33,897 nucleotides of DNA, from positions 1-33,897 of IMG/VR virus record IMGVR_UViG_3300044712_000063, one strand, 5' to 3'. Source of the stretch: a virus. This document shows, in pieces, positions 30,230-33,897 of this stretch. The stretch's first letter is position 1; each line of letters starts with the position of its first letter. Below the pieces are notes generated by a model. It was given only the letters and a program-made list of their open reading frames with translations, was not told the origin of the DNA and ran no database searches. A program made the translations under genes and the position numbers.

Positions 30230-31405
30230 ATGGCAATAACAATCACCAGTACACCTGAGGCATATCCATCAGCACATGATGATCTGTACTTTGTGGCTAC
30301 ATCAGACAATGCTACACAGGCAGGTTTCAAATATGTGTTTGATGTGTACATCAGCAGCAATTTAGTAGCAAGGATCAAACTGTTTCCTGATCCTGGGACA
30401 GCTAAGGGAATATTCAATGCAGGTGGAATTGTGAGAGACTACCTGGCAGGATATTTCAAACCAAACACTACACAGACAGCATTTGCCTACACTGGCAATG
30501 ATCTGTATACAGACTACCAGGTGAGATTTGGTGAGGACTATGGTGGCACTACCTACACAAACCTGGCTAGTGGTGACTATAAAGCATTCAATTTTGTGAA
30601 TCCTGTTTTTAGGGATTTCAGCACATCCTATTTTCAGCCAAAGATCAGCAGCTGGCTGACAGGCAGAGATGTAGCAGCAGCTGAGGTGCAGATGGGTGAG
30701 AAACTGTACACAGGCTGGATGAATACAGCAGGCACTACTACAAATTTAACTTTGACAGTGCAAAAATATTTGAATGGTGGCGGTGCAAATGGATCACCAT
30801 CTACAGGTGCATCTGTGACATGTAGTGCATTTGTACTATTTGATTTGTCACCTGCTGCATTGAATGCATATCTAGGCAGTGAATTTATCACAGCATCTAC
30901 TTATCAGTATGGTGTAAAGGTGAACTATGGCGGCAATCAGTCTGCTGAGTTTAAAATCAGACTAGCATGTCAGCCTAGATGGACACCAGTATCACTGCAT
31001 TTTCTTAATAGACTAGGCGGATATGATACCATGACATTCAGACTAGTGAATAGAAGATCTGCACAGGTAGAAAGAAAAAGCTACAATCAGATGGAGTGGC
31101 AGTATAATGCAGGCAGCATGACCAGGTATGATTCATTCAAAAGGATCAATGCAGGCAGCAATACATTTGCTGTGAATGAGACAGTAAGTTTCAAACTAAT
31201 TAGTGACTATATTAATCAGACTGACTATTTATGGGCGAAGGATCTGATCACTAGCCCTGAGGTATACTATGAGCAAGGTGGGTACTACTATCCTGTTTCA
31301 ATAGGGACAAATACCTGGGATGAGAAAATCAGAGCAGCAGATAAGATGTTCAACTTTGAGTTGAATGTGGAATTTGCACAAAAAATAAATAGTCAATACA
31401 GATGA
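30230..31405 (+). CDS. Hypothetical tail / baseplate protein
   Basis: 391-aa beta-rich ORF in the operon leading to the tape-measure-like gene. Confidence 0.65.
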   Translation: MAITITSTPEAYPSAHDDLYFVATSDNATQAGFKYVFDVYISSNLVARIKLFPDPGTAKGIFNAGGIVRDYLAGYFKPNTTQTAFAYTGNDLYTDYQVRFGEDYGGTTYTNLASGDYKAFNFVNPVFRDFSTSYFQPKISSWLTGRDVAAAEVQMGEKLYTGWMNTAGTTTNLTLTVQKYLNGGGANGSPSTGASVTCSAFVLFDLSPAALNAYLGSEFITASTYQYGVKVNYGGNQSAEFKIRLACQPRWTPVSLHFLNRLGGYDTMTFRLVNRRSAQVERKSYNQMEWQYNAGSMTRYDSFKRINAGSNTFAVNETVSFKLISDYINQTDYLWAKDLITSPEVYYEQGGYYYPVSIGTNTWDEKIRAADKMFNFELNVEFAQKINSQYR

Positions 31406-33501
31406 TAAGTACAGAGATATACATAGAGAATCAGCGGCTGGATCTGTCAAAGGATCTATCTGCTGAGTTCACATATAACATTGATGACATCAAAGACTTT
31501 GCATCTAGGAATACTAACTTTTCTAAAACGATAGTACTACCAGGAAATGCAGTGAACAATAAACTATTTGGTCACATCTTTGAGTTTGGATCATCAAACT
31601 TTTTTGATGAGAATCAGCCAAATGTGGGTTACAATTACAATGTATCAAAAGCAGCATCATGTGTGGTGTTCATTGACAAAGTACAGATTTTTAAAGGCAT
31701 TCTGAGAATATTAGAAATTGTCATAGACAATGGCACAATAGAATACGAATGTGTAGTGTTTGGTGAATTGGGTGGATTCATTAATGAATTAGGAAACAAA
31801 AAGCTGGAAAATCTAGACTTTTCTGCCTATGATCATGACTGGACACTAGCAAACATCCAGGCATCCTGGGACACAGTGAATGGATCAGGCTACTACTACC
31901 CATTGATTGACTATGGAAAGGTGAGCAGCACAAACAAACATGACTGGGACATCAGAGCATACAGGCCTGCATTCTATGTCAGGGAATACCTAGATAAGAT
32001 CATCACAAATTCAGGCTACACCTATGAAGCCCCATTTTTCAATAGTGCTGTATTTCGCAGGCTGATAGTTCCACACAATCAGAAACAGCTAGTGAAAACT
32101 ACTAGTAATTTCAACAAGGCCTATGTCACTGAGCCTGAGGAAATACTATCAGACAGGACAATTTCATTTGATACAGTGACAGGATCAGGTTTGGTAGTGA
32201 GTGGATCAAATAGAACATTCACATACACAGGTGATACATCTATCACATTGAAAATGGAATATGAATTTAATGGTGATTCAACTAGTGGCATTTTCAGGAT
32301 AGCTAGAAATGGATCTACAGTGTATCAATATGATTTTGAGGGTAGCATAGGCATAGGCGGTGTGTTTGAACTGCTAGTGAATAAAGATGATGCAATCAGT
32401 TTCAGATTCAGCAATACAGCACCTAATAGAGATGATCCGCCTGTAGTGGTGAATGATGGACAGGTTTTCTTTTATTCTGATTCATTTGTCACTACACCAG
32501 TGACAGTGAATGATTCACTAGTGATGGCTGATGTAATACCAAAGGGTGTATTTCAAAGAGACTTTTTTGCATCCATCATAAAGATGTTCAACATGTATGT
32601 AGTAGAGGACACATTCAGATCAAAGCATCTGATCATTAAGCCATACATTGAATACTATGATTTTGATGGTCAATCATTGCTAGCAGTGGATGATTTCAAT
32701 AGTCTATTGCAGGTGAATCCTACAGACTTTCTATTGCTTACTGATGGCACAATACAATACCTAGACTGGTCATATAAGGTTGAAAGATCAAAGCCAATGA
32801 GATTGAAGCCTATGAGTGAATTGAATGGTAGATACTTTGAGTTCAAATACAAAGATGATGCAGACTGGTACAATGAGCAATATCAGAAAAAATACAGCCA
32901 GTCATACGGCACTAGATTAGAGGACAGTGGGTTTGATTTTGCAAAAGAAAAACAAACAGCTGAGGTCATTTTTTCAGCTACACCACTGGTGGGATATGAG
33001 GGAGAGGACAAAGTATTCAGCACAATATTCAAACTGAATAACAATGTAGAGGATGCCACTGATCATAATATCAGAATAATGCAGGCAAAGAAAGTGACAG
33101 GTGTGACTAGCTATGCAGTCAAAAATAATGGTACAACACTAGCTACTTTGACTACTTATGGATATGCTGGACACCTGGATGATCCTGATGCACCAAATGC
33201 GGATTTGAACTTTGGAGTGCCACAGCAGCTGTTTTTTGAATTGGCTACAGACTATCCAACAGCAAACCTGTTCAATGCATACTGGTCAGAATATGTGGCA
33301 GAGATAACAAACAAAGACAGTAAGCTATTAAGTGTATATGTCTACCTAAAAGCGAAAGACATATTCAATCTAGACTTTGCAAAGCTGATCTATATAGATG
33401 GGGCTTTATGGAGGCTGAATACTATCATAGACTACAATCCTACAGACATAGGAATCACAAAAGCAGAATTTTTAAAAGTAATTGAAACAACATACGAATA
33501 A
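31402..33501 (+). CDS. Large tail / baseplate protein
   Basis: 699-aa ORF with an ATGA overlap upstream and a TAATG overlap downstream. No enzymatic motif recognised. Confidence 0.7.
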   Translation: MISTEIYIENQRLDLSKDLSAEFTYNIDDIKDFASRNTNFSKTIVLPGNAVNNKLFGHIFEFGSSNFFDENQPNVGYNYNVSKAASCVVFIDKVQIFKGILRILEIVIDNGTIEYECVVFGELGGFINELGNKKLENLDFSAYDHDWTLANIQASWDTVNGSGYYYPLIDYGKVSSTNKHDWDIRAYRPAFYVREYLDKIITNSGYTYEAPFFNSAVFRRLIVPHNQKQLVKTTSNFNKAYVTEPEEILSDRTISFDTVTGSGLVVSGSNRTFTYTGDTSITLKMEYEFNGDSTSGIFRIARNGSTVYQYDFEGSIGIGGVFELLVNKDDAISFRFSNTAPNRDDPPVVVNDGQVFFYSDSFVTTPVTVNDSLVMADVIPKGVFQRDFFASIIKMFNMYVVEDTFRSKHLIIKPYIEYYDFDGQSLLAVDDFNSLLQVNPTDFLLLTDGTIQYLDWSYKVERSKPMRLKPMSELNGRYFEFKYKDDADWYNEQYQKKYSQSYGTRLEDSGFDFAKEKQTAEVIFSATPLVGYEGEDKVFSTIFKLNNNVEDATDHNIRIMQAKKVTGVTSYAVKNNGTTLATLTTYGYAGHLDDPDAPNADLNFGVPQQLFFELATDYPTANLFNAYWSEYVAEITNKDSKLLSVYVYLKAKDIFNLDFAKLIYIDGALWRLNTIIDYNPTDIGITKAEFLKVIETTYE

Positions 33502-33897
33502 TGGCAAACGAAAAAGTAGGTGTAGACATTGAAGTCAATACTGGTGATTCTGACAAAAAGCTAGAGGAAACCAAAGAAAAGATTGATGACCTGGGTGATA
33601 GTGCAAAGAAATCTGCCAAAGATGCCAAAGGTGCAAGCGGTGCATTTGGATCATTAGGCAATGCATTGAAGTCACTGGGGATCATCACAGTGATTGCTAG
33701 TGCATTTAATTTTTTTAAAGAAACACTGAGTAAAAATCAGAAAGTAGCTGACAGTGTAGCTGCTGTGTTCAATACTATTTCAACTATCATCAGCAATCTG
33801 ATTGACATTTTCATCAGTGTCACATCAGAGGTAGGCAAAAGCACAAACGGATTTGAGGCACTAGGAAAGGTGCTAGGCGGAATACTTACACTAGCCA
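33501..33897 (+). CDS. Tape-measure-like protein, N-terminal part (continues into 1..1758 across the circular junction)
   Basis: ATG at 33501 overlaps the upstream TAA. The frame stays open to the window end. The sequence is 'MANEKVGVDIEVNTGDSDKKLEETKEKIDDLGDSAKK...', followed by hydrophobic segments. Confidence 0.75.
   Translation, partial: MANEKVGVDIEVNTGDSDKKLEETKEKIDDLGDSAKKSAKDAKGASGAFGSLGNALKSLGIITVIASAFNFFKETLSKNQKVADSVAAVFNTISTIISNLIDIFISVTSEVGKSTNGFEALGKVLGGILTLA
33771..33897. repeat. Right copy of the 127-nt terminal direct repeat
   Basis: Identical to 1-127. The unit genome length is therefore 33,770 bp. Confidence 0.95.

Noticed and set aside
1-33897. Lysogeny module (integrase, CI-like repressor, attP)
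   Set aside because: No ORF shows tyrosine- or serine-recombinase motifs, and no divergently transcribed regulator pair exists. I therefore make no claim that the phage is temperate. Absence cannot be proven without profile searches.

Overview
The window is a complete, circularly closed tailed-phage (Caudoviricetes) genome of about 33,770 bp. Bases 1-127 recur exactly at 33771-33897, and a 675-aa tape-measure-like gene reads straight through that junction. About 70 tightly packed genes all lie on the + strand, and most are joined by ATGA/TAATG stop-start overlaps. There are no Shine-Dalgarno motifs; leaders are A-rich and TTTG / TAnnTTTG promoter boxes are present, which points to a Bacteroidota-type host (inference). 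In window order the modules are: tape-measure-like gene; XkdF-type prohead protease, scaffold and major capsid protein; putative tail tube; portal fused to a MuF-like domain; neck proteins; tail fibre with a C-terminal S74 chaperone; lysis cassette (TM protein, u-spanin, holin, M15 endolysin); metallophosphoesterase / DUF3310 / HExxH block; early and recombination-replication genes (ERF, SSB-tip protein, wHTH, replisome organiser, VRR-NUC); ECF-like sigma factor; a glycan-modification cluster (GT-B glycosyltransferase, HNH, truncated LpxA-like acyltransferase, GT2); terS and terL; a low-GC five-gene moron array; and four more virion genes. I saw no integrase, repressor, tRNA, CRISPR array, reverse transcriptase or DNA polymerase. 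The most notable observations are: (1) the promoter-to-terminator moron array, whose small ORFs are joined by a conserved 21-nt stop/start element; (2) the glycan cluster just upstream of the packaging genes; (3) a T9 slippery tract joining two overlapping frames in a virion gene; (4) a portal-MuF fusion with an in-frame A_AAA_AAG heptamer at the domain boundary; (5) a recently swapped low-GC distal half of the tail fibre; (6) a backbone that is CpG-poor and CTAG-rich, a signature missing from both islands. All functional calls rest on motifs read by eye and remembered family signatures; no database search was possible.
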